Below, piece by piece: positions 1-9,012 of a stretch of DNA of 64,000 bases. The stretch comes from an uncultured Rikenellaceae bacterium (GTDB lineage: Bacteria > Bacteroidota > Bacteroidia > Bacteroidales > VadinHA17), in contig CAYUQR010000006.1 in the NCBI GenBank assembly GCA_964446825.1, positions 18,964 to 82,963 of the forward strand, given 5' to 3'. The notes beneath the pieces were generated by a model. That model ran no database searches. It saw only the letters and a program-made list of their open reading frames with translations, and was not told the DNA's origin. Numbering within the stretch: position 1 is the stretch's first letter; every line of letters begins with the position of its first letter. A program made the translations under genes and the position numbers.

Positions 1-305
1 TTGGAGACGCAATATATTTCAGCCGGGCAGCAATCCCTTTTTTAAGAGATGTGGAAATGGCTGAATGGACCATAAAACATGTCTATTATAAGCATATTGG
101 CCTTTACGCATACCGGACTGAAACACTTAAGAAAATTACAAAGCTGGCTCGAAGTCCGCTGGAAATTTCCGAATCTCTGGAACAAAACAGGTGGATTGAA
201 AACGGATTCCATATAAGAACAGCTCTGACTTCATGGGAAAGTATTGGTATCGATATTCCTGAAGATCTTGAAAAAGCAAAACTACTTTTAGAACATTTTA
301 AATAA
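1..305 (+). CDS. kdsB: 3-deoxy-manno-octulosonate cytidylyltransferase (CMP-KDO synthetase), C-terminal fragment; gene starts upstream of the window
   Basis: Frame 3 is open from nt 3. The translation (YFSRAAIPFLRD..HIGLYAYR..LEQNRWIENG..) resembles the conserved C-terminal half of KdsB. The ORF-track entry 51..305 is only the part after an internal GTG. Confidence 0.75.
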   Translation, partial: GDAIYFSRAAIPFLRDVEMAEWTIKHVYYKHIGLYAYRTETLKKITKLARSPLEISESLEQNRWIENGFHIRTALTSWESIGIDIPEDLEKAKLLLEHFK

Positions 306-358
306 TAAATGCTTAACTTTAGCACAGTTTTTGATAGAGATAAATAAATAAGGTATTT

Positions 359-730
359 ATGAGGAGATTTCTACTCGTCATTATCTTGTCGGTATTCACC
401 TTAATTCTTCAGGCACAGAAGGATACAACTAATGTTATTGGTTCGCTGCCTCAGAATGATATTTCCAGAAACTCATCATACGTTAATATTACCATTTATC
501 CGGTTCCTGTTAGGCATAACATTTTCACAATTAAAGCCGACAAAAATATCTCTTTTGTCAGGATTACCAATATCATTGGTCAGGACATTTACAGGATCAA
601 ATATAATGACCCGCTGCAACTGATAAAGATCATGCTTGATAACCCCAAAAGGGGAATGTACCTCGTAACTATTATGTTCGACGACGGAACCCGAACCGTA
701 AAAAAGATAATGGTTGAGGAATCTGAATAA
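359..730 (+). CDS. small secreted protein made of a signal peptide plus a T9SS type-A C-terminal sorting domain
   Basis: N-terminal signal peptide (MRRFLLVIILSVFTLILQAQ). The last ~80 aa (ITIYPVPV..FTIK..ITNIIGQDIY..GMYLVTIMFDDGTRTVKKIMV) have the typical Por/T9SS CTD pattern. Confidence 0.6.
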   Translation: MRRFLLVIILSVFTLILQAQKDTTNVIGSLPQNDISRNSSYVNITIYPVPVRHNIFTIKADKNISFVRITNIIGQDIYRIKYNDPLQLIKIMLDNPKRGMYLVTIMFDDGTRTVKKIMVEESE

Positions 731-900
731 GGGATATATTTTATTTTATCTCATTAACTGAAGTTTTCGGAGGAAATTTCCGCCTCTTAAAAGCCACAAT
801 AACCATATTAATTAAACGATGTTAAACATTCATGAATTACGATTGTTAAGTTAAATAAGGGATATGATCAGTTGTACAATTATAATAGTAGAATAAAGCT

Positions 901-1800
901 ATGGAAGATGGTCTGAACGTATTTTCGATAAAAGACCTTGAAAATTTTTCGGGTATTAAAGCACATACCATAAGGATATGGGAGAAAAGATACAAGATTC
1001 TTGAACCGGACAGAACTGATTCAAATATCCGGACCTACAGTGAAACAGAGCTTAAGAAGATTCTTAATGTAGCTTACCTTAACCGTAACGGGCTGAAAAT
1101 ATCTAAAATTGCCAGGCTTAACGAGGATGAACTTACACAGAAGGTAATGACATTAAGCAGCAAACACGATGATATTAATCAGGATTTCCAGCCCGGGAAA
1201 ATCCTGATGTCAGCAATCAGATTTAATGAACTTTCATTCAAGGAAGCATTAATGCCATTCATTAGCACACATGGCATTGAAGAAGCTTATTCAATGAATT
1301 TTTATCCTCTTCTCGAAAAAGCCAGGATTCTTTGGCAAACAGGCAGCCTTTCAAGAGCACAGGAACAATTTGTCAGAAATACCATCAAGCAGATAATTAT
1401 TATCGAAGATAATCTTATCAAACCTTCAACGGTCAAACCGAAGCCCGCAATTGCTATGATAAATACATCTGATAATCTTACGGACAATAACTTCCTGTTT
1501 TATAAATATGTACTTAAAAAAAGGGGTTACGATGTAATTTTTACAGGGGGAATACTTCCTGCATCAGAAGTAATTGAGATACATAAAATAAAAGCATTTG
1601 AATATCTGGTTGTAAATTCAAGCGCTTTTGATTTTGCCGAAAGAAAGATAGGGTATTTCACCAGCATCGGGAAGTCGCTGATGCTAAAAAAGATCATTCT
1701 TACAGATTCTCCTGAAGAATTTACAAAGAAAGTGTATGATAAGCTTATAATAACAAAAGATCCTCCAGGGTTTATCAAAGTGATTAATTCATTAAAATAA
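901..1800 (+). CDS. MerR-family transcriptional regulator with CarH/LitR-like C-terminal architecture (cobalamin-ligand residues not conserved)
   Basis: N-terminal MerR HTH (FSIKDLENFSGIKAHTIRIWEKRY..RTDSNIRTY). It is followed by a helical segment with W-x9-EQ where CarH has W-x9-EH, then a Rossmann-like segment (YVLKKRGYDVIFTGG). Confidence 0.65.
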   Translation: MEDGLNVFSIKDLENFSGIKAHTIRIWEKRYKILEPDRTDSNIRTYSETELKKILNVAYLNRNGLKISKIARLNEDELTQKVMTLSSKHDDINQDFQPGKILMSAIRFNELSFKEALMPFISTHGIEEAYSMNFYPLLEKARILWQTGSLSRAQEQFVRNTIKQIIIIEDNLIKPSTVKPKPAIAMINTSDNLTDNNFLFYKYVLKKRGYDVIFTGGILPASEVIEIHKIKAFEYLVVNSSAFDFAERKIGYFTSIGKSLMLKKIILTDSPEEFTKKVYDKLIITKDPPGFIKVINSLK

Positions 1801-1855
1801 GCTGTTATTCTTCTGTTTATGAAACGGGGAACTTAAGAATTTCTCATTATTAGAA

Positions 1856-2839
1856 TTATTTTACCAGTCTTAGAAAATATCTTTTTTCAGATGAAAAGTC
1901 AATTTCCGGATTTTTTGCATTCATATCAGAAATCTGTTTAATCATCCTCTCAGCAAATTCCTTTATTTTGGAACCTGAGTCATTATTGAACCGGTGATCA
2001 ACAGCTTTTGTTATTTTTACAACTTCGCGCCATGTATTAAGTGTATTATTATCCATATAACATCCTGAAAATACTTCCCATAAATAACTAACTGCGAGCG
2101 ATGAAGGATGCAGCATATCTTCGTCATAATACCTGTAATCGCGTAAATCATCCATAATCAGTTCGTACGCAGGAAAATATTGTGGCATAATATTATGCTT
2201 CAGGAGTTCCTCAACTGCTAGAAACAATACTGATTTGCTTACCTGATTGCCATGTGCACCATCTTTCCAGTGCCTTACAGGGCTGATAGTAAAAATGATT
2301 TTCAATTCGGGAAAAAGTAATTGCAATTTATCTAATTGCAATGACCACAATTTAACAATTTCATCAATTGAGAGCAATTCATTATCAAATTCCCCGGAAG
2401 GAATCTTATGACAGTTTGAAACCACATCTCCTGATTTTTTAAACCTGTAAACCCTGGCTGTTCCAAATGTTATGAACAGGAACCTGGCTTTTTTCAGAAA
2501 TGAGAATGCCTCTTTTGACTTACTGTTGATCTTTTGAATTGTCTTCGAGGAGTCGTCAGATGAAAAATCGGTATAATGATTGAAACTAAGCCAGGTCCCG
2601 TTATACATGAAAAGATCATCCTTATTATATTCCCGGCCGGAAATAATTGTTTCGAGGGTATTGCATACAGAAACAGGATTATAAACAGTTCCCGAAGGAT
2701 TCATCATTACCGGCATGTGCCCTGTTTCCATCTGAGATCCGATTAATGATGAAAAACACGATCCTATGAACATAACAGGATCCTTATATGTTATTTTATA
2801 AGGAGAAGGTTTAATTTTGAAAGTTGTTCTGAGTTCCAT
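1856..2839 (-). CDS. GSCFA domain-containing protein
   Basis: N-terminal FIGSCFS motif, plus a length and overall pattern typical of the GSCFA family. Confidence 0.65.
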   Translation of the reverse strand: MELRTTFKIKPSPYKITYKDPVMFIGSCFSSLIGSQMETGHMPVMMNPSGTVYNPVSVCNTLETIISGREYNKDDLFMYNGTWLSFNHYTDFSSDDSSKTIQKINSKSKEAFSFLKKARFLFITFGTARVYRFKKSGDVVSNCHKIPSGEFDNELLSIDEIVKLWSLQLDKLQLLFPELKIIFTISPVRHWKDGAHGNQVSKSVLFLAVEELLKHNIMPQYFPAYELIMDDLRDYRYYDEDMLHPSSLAVSYLWEVFSGCYMDNNTLNTWREVVKITKAVDHRFNNDSGSKIKEFAERMIKQISDMNAKNPEIDFSSEKRYFLRLVK

Positions 2840-2868
2840 TTATAAAGTAAAAAAGTGCATCGCCAGTT

Positions 2869-3681
2869 TTATCTGTCTATCCAGTTTAAAATATACCTGA
2901 AAACCTCTTCTTTGAATGGTTCATTATGCAACTCGTGATAACCGCCATCCCATATCTTTAATTCAACCATATCAGTTTTTCCTGCAAATTCCTTACTAGC
3001 TTCCGGAGAACATATCAGATCATCACTGCCATGAATCAGCAAAGTCGGGATTTTCAATTCCGAAGCATGTGCAAGAGAGTATTTAGCGGCATTCATTGCG
3101 CTATAAAACAGACCCACAGATATTTTATCATGAACAAGAGGATCAGATTTATATTTCTCAACAACATTCCCATCATGCGAAATTTGATTTACAATCAGGC
3201 CTGCCGGTTGAACCAACCCCGGAAGTATGAGTCTTGTCACAGATGCCATAATAACTTTGGCCTTCGGCGGTTCAAAAGCCAAACGCAACCAGGGAGAAGT
3301 AACAATAGCTCCCTTAACCTTCGGAGATTTCCTGAGAATATAATTAAGGACCACACCACCCCCGAGGCTATGACCATAAATATATACAGGGATCCCCGGA
3401 AATGTCTGGTAACATGTCTTTAAAAGGATATCAATCATTTCGTCAAGCCAGTCAAAATTTTTTATATGGCCTCTCCTGCCATCTGAACGACCATGCCCCG
3501 GAAGATCAAGACCGGCAAAGCCTATTCCCTCATTACTGAACAATCCGGCCCAGTTTGCATACCTTTGAATATGCTCCCCAATGCCGTGGACCATTATAAT
3601 CACGGCCCGTGTGTTTTCACCGGGACTCTGAATGATCCCTTTTAAAACCAGCCCGTTATTTAACCTGATATTGAAATCCAT
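2869..3681 (-). CDS. alpha/beta hydrolase (lysophospholipase / monoacylglycerol lipase-like)
   Basis: HGIGEH oxyanion region, GHSLGG nucleophile elbow, and late D and H (GSDDLI, GGYHELHNE). Confidence 0.8.
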   Translation of the reverse strand: MDFNIRLNNGLVLKGIIQSPGENTRAVIIMVHGIGEHIQRYANWAGLFSNEGIGFAGLDLPGHGRSDGRRGHIKNFDWLDEMIDILLKTCYQTFPGIPVYIYGHSLGGGVVLNYILRKSPKVKGAIVTSPWLRLAFEPPKAKVIMASVTRLILPGLVQPAGLIVNQISHDGNVVEKYKSDPLVHDKISVGLFYSAMNAAKYSLAHASELKIPTLLIHGSDDLICSPEASKEFAGKTDMVELKIWDGGYHELHNEPFKEEVFRYILNWIDR

Positions 3682-4010
3682 ATTTAATTTTTCCTAAAAA
3701 TACGAAACTTAAATGTTCAATAAAAGACCGCGAAGGATATTAACCTGTATTTAATGAAACCTTAACTGATTCTTAACCTAATCATCACATTTGAGGCTTA
3801 TTTTTGTAATTATATAATAATAAAACCTTATCAGAGTAAAAAAATCAATTATTAAAATCGAAACAGGAAAAGAGAGAATCATGAAATATTTATTTATACA
3901 ATATTTATAATTAGTTAAACAAAATGAAGGTAACTAGCTATATAAAAAGTCGTTACTGTTTTCTATTATTTATAAAACAGGCAGAATATAACGATTTTAA
4001 GATATTAAGA

Positions 4011-4042
4011 TTTGCATATCTTTATTTATGAGTTTAAATTTG
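4011..4042 (+). promoter_or_regulatory. candidate Bacteroidota sigma-A promoter (-33 TTTG / -7 TAnnTTTG)
   Basis: TTTG at 4011-4014 and TAAATTTG at 4035-4042, with a 20-nt spacer. The -7 box lies 26 nt upstream of the ATG at 4068. Confidence 0.35.
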
Positions 4043-4067
4043 TTTCAACAATATAAATCGAAGAGTT

Positions 4068-4574
4068 ATGACACAGTTTGAATTCAACACCAGCCTCATC
4101 GAAATGAAAGGAAATCTCCAAAGATTCGCGATGAGCCTTACTTCGGACCGAGATTCTGCTTTGGATCTTGTTCAGGATACATTACTGAAAGCAATTACTT
4201 ACAAGGATAAATTCGTGGATTATACTAATCTCAAAGCATGGGTTTTTACCATAATGAAGAACACCTTCATAAATAATTACCGCAGAAATGTTAAAGAGAA
4301 CACAATAATAGACGGTACCCGGGATCTTTATTATATTAATCAGCCGCATGACAAGGGTTTTATTTCACCTGAGTCAAATTACTCCGAAGGTGAAATAGAA
4401 AAAGCAATAGATTCACTGAATGATGAGTTCAGGATCCCGTTCCGGATGCATATTGAGGGTTATAAATATAAAGAGATTGCCGATGAACTCGGATTAAAAA
4501 TCGGGACGGTAAAAAGCAGAATATTCTTTACCAGGCAGAAACTTATGCTGATGTTAAAAGATTATGTAAGATGA
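4068..4574 (+). CDS. RNA polymerase ECF-type sigma-70 factor
   Basis: Region 2 (LDLVQDTLLKAI..WVFTIMKNTFINNYRR) and region 4 HTH (YKEIADELGLKIGTVKSRIFFTRQKL). Confidence 0.85.
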   Translation: MTQFEFNTSLIEMKGNLQRFAMSLTSDRDSALDLVQDTLLKAITYKDKFVDYTNLKAWVFTIMKNTFINNYRRNVKENTIIDGTRDLYYINQPHDKGFISPESNYSEGEIEKAIDSLNDEFRIPFRMHIEGYKYKEIADELGLKIGTVKSRIFFTRQKLMLMLKDYVR

Positions 4575-4619
4575 TAAAAAGTGTAATTTAATAGTTGGTA
4601 GTTTTTAGTTTATCGGGGT

Positions 4620-4648
4620 AAAAAGGCTGATCTGATCAGCCTTTTTTT
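4620..4648. terminator. bidirectional intrinsic terminator between convergent genes
   Basis: Perfect 13-nt inverted repeat AAAAAGGCTGATC / GATCAGCCTTTTT centred on nt 4633, with an A-run on one side and a T-run on the other. The TGA stop of the minus-strand gene (4636-4638) lies inside the stem. Confidence 0.6.
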
Positions 4649-5688
4649 GTTACCTTAATTATAACACCTGTCAGAACAAAAACCAGGAATATTCCTGAAA
4701 CTATCCATGCCCATTTGTTTGGAATCTTGGATTCTGCCCACATTTCATATGGCTCTGTCATGAAGAAATCTGATTTTACAGGCCAGAGCAGGATTTGACT
4801 GCTGTCAATAAAACCATTGGTTCCGGTCAGATCTCCCGGCATAGATATTCTTACGGAATATTCTTTAAAATTAATCCAGAAGTTATTGGAGGCTATATCC
4901 AAAGCCGAATCGGCTTCATTTTTATATTTCAGCGCATTTGTTTCTCCTATGAACTGCCTCAGTAAAATGCCATGCGCCCACAAGCTGTCCAGTTTGTCCT
5001 CATTGGATTCACATATCTTCACAAAATCATCTTCACGCGATTTAAGAGATGCCAGGGAAAGTTCTCCACCAACTTTCCCTTTTGTCAGCTTCGAAAATTC
5101 TCCTATCCATTCTGAGACCAGGTTTTTCATTGTCCATTTATCAGTCTTTATTTTGATTGAATCATTTAATGCCTTATATTTCAGACTATCAGGACCCGTA
5201 GCTTTCTCAGCCTTAAAATTATCAGGAGAAAAGAAATAATGTAATTCCTCGGTGTTGAGATAATCGCGCAAAGGATAACCATATTCCAGTTTTTTGTCAA
5301 TTCTCTCCGTAAACCTGTACTCAGTATTAAACCATTTGAATTTCTTTAAAAAAATGGCTTTTCTTGTAATCATTTTGTTAGCCCCGGAATCATTTTTATA
5401 TGTCAGGTTGAGTTCATCCACATTTTTGAAAGTTTTTTCCGCTCTCTTAATCCAGGTAGTGTCCCCTTTTTCATCCACTTCAGATGAATCTTTTACGGTC
5501 CAGGAACTATCAAACGGGACCTGAAGATCAGAATGTTTGAACTTATTCTCATTATTTCGCATTTCAATCTTTCTGGTAATCGATCCGTCAGGATGTATAA
5601 AATTTGTCACCACTGTTTCCGGTTCATCACATGACACGACCATCAACAGAAGAAAGGATACCAATACTTTTAATTTTTTTCTTTTCAT
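4636..5688 (-). CDS. hypothetical lipoprotein with a C-terminal transmembrane anchor
   Basis: The ORF track starts at 5724. The internal Met at 5688 gives a lipoprotein signal (MKRKKLKVLVSFLLLMVVSC) and removes the overlap with the upstream gene. C-terminal hydrophobic helix WAWIVSGIFLVFVLTGVII. Confidence 0.5.
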   Translation of the reverse strand: MKRKKLKVLVSFLLLMVVSCDEPETVVTNFIHPDGSITRKIEMRNNENKFKHSDLQVPFDSSWTVKDSSEVDEKGDTTWIKRAEKTFKNVDELNLTYKNDSGANKMITRKAIFLKKFKWFNTEYRFTERIDKKLEYGYPLRDYLNTEELHYFFSPDNFKAEKATGPDSLKYKALNDSIKIKTDKWTMKNLVSEWIGEFSKLTKGKVGGELSLASLKSREDDFVKICESNEDKLDSLWAHGILLRQFIGETNALKYKNEADSALDIASNNFWINFKEYSVRISMPGDLTGTNGFIDSSQILLWPVKSDFFMTEPYEMWAESKIPNKWAWIVSGIFLVFVLTGVIIKVTKKG

Positions 5689-5692
5689 GGCG

Positions 5693-6241
5693 TTAAAGAT
5701 TAATTTTTGTGCGATTTTTTTCATTTAGCTTTTTTTCAATATACTTTTTCAGTTCAGGATCTGAATCGATCAGGTTAATCAGATCCCGGTACTTATCCTG
5801 TAATTCATTAACCGATTCAAGCAGCTGGTCCAATTGCTTTTGCGAAATATTTATATTATCGGAAGGCAACTTCATCCCGGTAAATTTAAATATCAGTAAT
5901 TCCTTTTTAAAAGCCCCTGAAGAAAATGATGATCTTGGTCCTTCAGTAACAATAGTCCTCCGGCTCAGATAATTTATCTGCCTGAGTATGACCCCCTGTT
6001 GATAGACAAAGATCAGAATCAGTATAACAGAAGCAGCAATAAGACTTCGCCTGACCCATCCGATATATGCCCATCCAAAAAAGAAATTGACCACATTATC
6101 GATATTAAAGGCCGAATGACGGGTCTCTGAAATCCTTTTTATCACCCCAGCTTCAATTTCCTCTTTCGAATCTAATTTAACTCCGGATTCCCTGAGTAAG
6201 TTAATGAGCCTGTTATAATTTTCATCTTTCATTTTCATCAT
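5693..6241 (-). CDS. putative anti-sigma factor (single-pass membrane protein)
   Basis: Its start overlaps the stop of the upstream ECF sigma gene (ATGA at 6238-6241). It has one central TM helix (LIAASVILILIFVY). No recognisable catalytic motifs. Confidence 0.45.
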   Translation of the reverse strand: MMKMKDENYNRLINLLRESGVKLDSKEEIEAGVIKRISETRHSAFNIDNVVNFFFGWAYIGWVRRSLIAASVILILIFVYQQGVILRQINYLSRRTIVTEGPRSSFSSGAFKKELLIFKFTGMKLPSDNINISQKQLDQLLESVNELQDKYRDLINLIDSDPELKKYIEKKLNEKNRTKINL

Positions 6242-6819
6242 GACAAATATTTTTCCATCATCTCAGATATTCTTTGCCTTGCATAATGCAGGTTTGCTTT
6301 TATACCTGTTTTACTCATTCCTGTAATTTCTGATATTTCATCGTTCGACATCTGCTCAAGCTCTGATAAAACGAATATGGCTTTTTGCTTAGGGCTTAAT
6401 TTCTGTGTCAAAATGTTAATTATACCTGCAGTTTCACTATTCTCCAGTTCAGAAGAAGGCTCCTCGGAAATTCTGTTCGAAATGATTTCCCAGGTTTTTT
6501 CATCAGGTGAAAATTCCGGATTTCGCTTCCTCTTTCTCAACTGATCATAACATTTATTTACCACAATTCTGTAAATCCATGTTTTATACCCCCCTGCCGA
6601 TCTGATCTTTTTAAGTTTTTGCCAGATAGTGACCATGGTTTCCTGCACCACATCTTTTGCCTGGTCATCGTCGCCGAGCATCCTGAATGCTACCGAGTAT
6701 GCAAAAGGGGTTGTCTGTTCAATAAGTTTTCTGAAACTGGTCAGGTTCCCTCCCATACACTCTTCTATTAGTTTTAAATCTGTCAAAATACTTGCGGTAT
6801 TGTATAAATAAGACGACAA
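6238..6819 (-). CDS. RNA polymerase ECF-type sigma-70 factor
   Basis: Region 2 (DQAKDVVQETMVTIWQKL..WIYRIVVNKCYDQLRK) and region 4 (SNDEISEITGMSKTGIKANLHYARQRI). Confidence 0.85.
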   Translation of the reverse strand: MSSYLYNTASILTDLKLIEECMGGNLTSFRKLIEQTTPFAYSVAFRMLGDDDQAKDVVQETMVTIWQKLKKIRSAGGYKTWIYRIVVNKCYDQLRKRKRNPEFSPDEKTWEIISNRISEEPSSELENSETAGIINILTQKLSPKQKAIFVLSELEQMSNDEISEITGMSKTGIKANLHYARQRISEMMEKYLS

Positions 6820-6871
6820 TTATTTACCAAGGTAAAAAACATATGGTAATTTTATATTGAAAACTTAATAA

Positions 6872-7285
6872 ATGGCTATGCAAAAAATTATCACATTCAG
6901 GACTGACCAGCAGAATGGTTTATACGATATTACATCGGATGTGGTGTCGCTGATTAAAGCAAGTAAAGTCAGGTCAGGCATTGCTTCAGTTTATGCAAGA
7001 GGATCAACAGCAGCTATAATGATACAGGAGAACTGGGATCAGTCTGTTCAAAATGATGTTGTTACGCTTCTGCGCAGAATTATTCCCCCAGGCATATGGG
7101 AACACGACAGACAGGATAACAACGGGGATGCTCACCTTAAAGCAGGTTTAGTAGGAGCTTCTGAAACCATACCGATTATAGATTATAATCCGGGGCTGTC
7201 AACATGGCAGAATATATTCTTCTGCGAGTTTGACGGACCGAGAGAACGAAGAGAAGTTGTTGTTACAATAATTGCAGAAAAATGA
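6872..7285 (+). CDS. yjbQ: YjbQ/UPF0047 family protein (secondary thiamine-phosphate synthase)
   Basis: Conserved C-terminal pattern GDAHLKAGLVGASETIPI..GLSTWQNIFFCEFDGPRERREVVV. Confidence 0.8.
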   Translation: MAMQKIITFRTDQQNGLYDITSDVVSLIKASKVRSGIASVYARGSTAAIMIQENWDQSVQNDVVTLLRRIIPPGIWEHDRQDNNGDAHLKAGLVGASETIPIIDYNPGLSTWQNIFFCEFDGPRERREVVVTIIAEK

Positions 7286-7293
7286 TATTGAGA

Positions 7294-8238
7294 TCAGACA
7301 TCAGATTTTGTAACAATTGTTACATTTCTCATAAATGGTTCATATTTTCTTCGAGCTATGGCTGAAGTGCCAAAAAGGTTGTTAAACTGTTCTTCTGAAA
7401 GACTGATCCATTCTTGAGGGCTCATATTTCTGATTTTTTCCGGAAGCTCAAATTCCTGAACGCCTTTTTGGTTTACTTTTTTATTCCATGGACATACTTC
7501 CTGGCAAAGGTCACACCCGTATACTCTTCGTCCAAGATTTGGAATAATGTCTTCCGGCACAGGTCCTCTGTTCTCTATCGTCAGGTTTGCAATGCACTTA
7601 CGGGCATCTATAGTCCGGTTAAGGTTTATTGCTCCTGTCGGACACAAGTCAATACATAATGTACAACTGCCACAATTATCTGCTTTATGTGGTTCGTCAT
7701 AATCAAGTTCAATATTGAGAATCAAGGTCCCTATAAAAAAGAAGGACCCGATTTTTTTATTTATCACAACTGAATGCCGGCCCTGCCATCCAAGTCCCGC
7801 CTCGCTTGCCCAGGCTTTTTCAAGAAGAGGTGCAGAATCCACAAAAGAACGTCCCATGGCTTCCGGTCTGATTGTCCGAATAAAAGCAAACAGCTTTTCC
7901 AGTTTCTTTTCAATTACTGTATGATAATCAATGCCAAAAGCGTATCTTGAAATAACCGGAACTCCTGGTTCTGATTGAATTTTATCGGTATAATAACCAA
8001 GACCCGTGACAATAAGAGATTTTGCTGCCGGAACCAGTGACTGTGGATCGATCCTTCTTTCCGGGTTCCTGGCAAGGTAGTTCATTTCACCGTTCATCCC
8101 TGCAGCACACCAGTTTTTTAAAATACTTTCGCGCTCCTTAAGAGGTCTGGCCCCTGCTATGCCACACAGGTCAAATCCCAGGTCAAGGGCTTTTTCCTTT
8201 ATCAGAATTGAAACGGATCTGTCAGCCGATGCTGCCAT
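7294..8238 (-). CDS. queG: tRNA epoxyqueuosine(34) reductase
   Basis: Two ferredoxin-type Cys clusters (CGSCTLCIDLCPTGA, CDLCQEVCPWN) and the overall QueG pattern. Confidence 0.85.
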   Translation of the reverse strand: MAASADRSVSILIKEKALDLGFDLCGIAGARPLKERESILKNWCAAGMNGEMNYLARNPERRIDPQSLVPAAKSLIVTGLGYYTDKIQSEPGVPVISRYAFGIDYHTVIEKKLEKLFAFIRTIRPEAMGRSFVDSAPLLEKAWASEAGLGWQGRHSVVINKKIGSFFFIGTLILNIELDYDEPHKADNCGSCTLCIDLCPTGAINLNRTIDARKCIANLTIENRGPVPEDIIPNLGRRVYGCDLCQEVCPWNKKVNQKGVQEFELPEKIRNMSPQEWISLSEEQFNNLFGTSAIARRKYEPFMRNVTIVTKSDV

Positions 8239-8250
8239 TTTCAGGATATT

Positions 8251-8571
8251 TTAAAGAAATCCAAGCTCAAGTTTTGCCTCATCGCTGAGCATGCTCTTAT
8301 CCCATGGCGGGTTAAAAGTAAGTTTAAGGTCACATTCCTTAACACCCCTGGTTCCTCCTACCTTATATTTAACCTCCTCAATAAGTTCCTCTGCCATCGG
8401 GCAGTTAGGAGCAGTAAGTGTCATTGTAATATGCGCTATATGCTCATCGTCAATATTTATCTCATAAATAAGTCCCAGGTCATAAATATTCACCGGGATC
8501 TCCGGATCATAAATACTTTTCAGTACTTCTCCTATCCTTGTTTCAATTTCAAGTTGTTCTGTCGGATCCAT
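8251..8571 (-). CDS. sufT: SUF system Fe-S assembly protein (DUF59 / SufT-like)
   Basis: DPEIPVNIYDLGLIY..MTLTAPNCPMAE pattern, and it is the last gene of the suf operon. Confidence 0.75.
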   Translation of the reverse strand: MDPTEQLEIETRIGEVLKSIYDPEIPVNIYDLGLIYEINIDDEHIAHITMTLTAPNCPMAEELIEEVKYKVGGTRGVKECDLKLTFNPPWDKSMLSDEAKLELGFL

Positions 8572-8580
8572 ATTCTAATA

Positions 8581-9003
8581 CTATTTTTTTATTGCATTGA
8601 ATGCCATCGCATAAAGTTTTATCTGACGAACCATTGAAAGCAGTCCGTTTGAACGCGTCGGGGAAAGATTTTGCCGGAGCCCTATTTTTTCTATAAAATA
8701 GAGATCTGATGAAATTATCTCTTCCGGTGTCCTGTTCGATAACACTTTAATAAGAAGAGCCACAATACCCCTTGTAATAATTGCATCGCTGTCGGCTGTG
8801 AAAGTAATTAACTTACCATCAAAATCAGGATGCAGCCAGACTTTTGACTGACAGCCCTCAATAAGAAAATCTTTTACTTTAAACTTTGGATCTATTACAG
8901 GCAGATCTTTACCAATGTCGATAAGGAGGTTATACTTGTCCATCCAGTCATCAAACATTGAAAACTCATCGATAATCTTATCCTGTATATCGTCGATTGT
9001 CAT
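8581..9003 (-). CDS. sufE: sulfur acceptor protein SufE
   Basis: SufE-family pattern with the conserved Cys context (IEGCQSKVWL), adjacent to sufS. Confidence 0.8.
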   Translation of the reverse strand: MTIDDIQDKIIDEFSMFDDWMDKYNLLIDIGKDLPVIDPKFKVKDFLIEGCQSKVWLHPDFDGKLITFTADSDAIITRGIVALLIKVLSNRTPEEIISSDLYFIEKIGLRQNLSPTRSNGLLSMVRQIKLYAMAFNAIKK

Positions 9004-9012
9004 ACTATATAT

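Noticed and set aside
3682-4067. Long AT-rich intergenic region as a possible ncRNA or riboswitch. The same applies to 13840-14128 and 25010-25309.
   Set aside because: I saw no conserved-looking helices or known riboswitch cores by eye, only candidate TAnnTTTG boxes (for example TACATTTG at 14071-14078 and TAAATTTG at 25188-25195). That is not enough to call an RNA gene.
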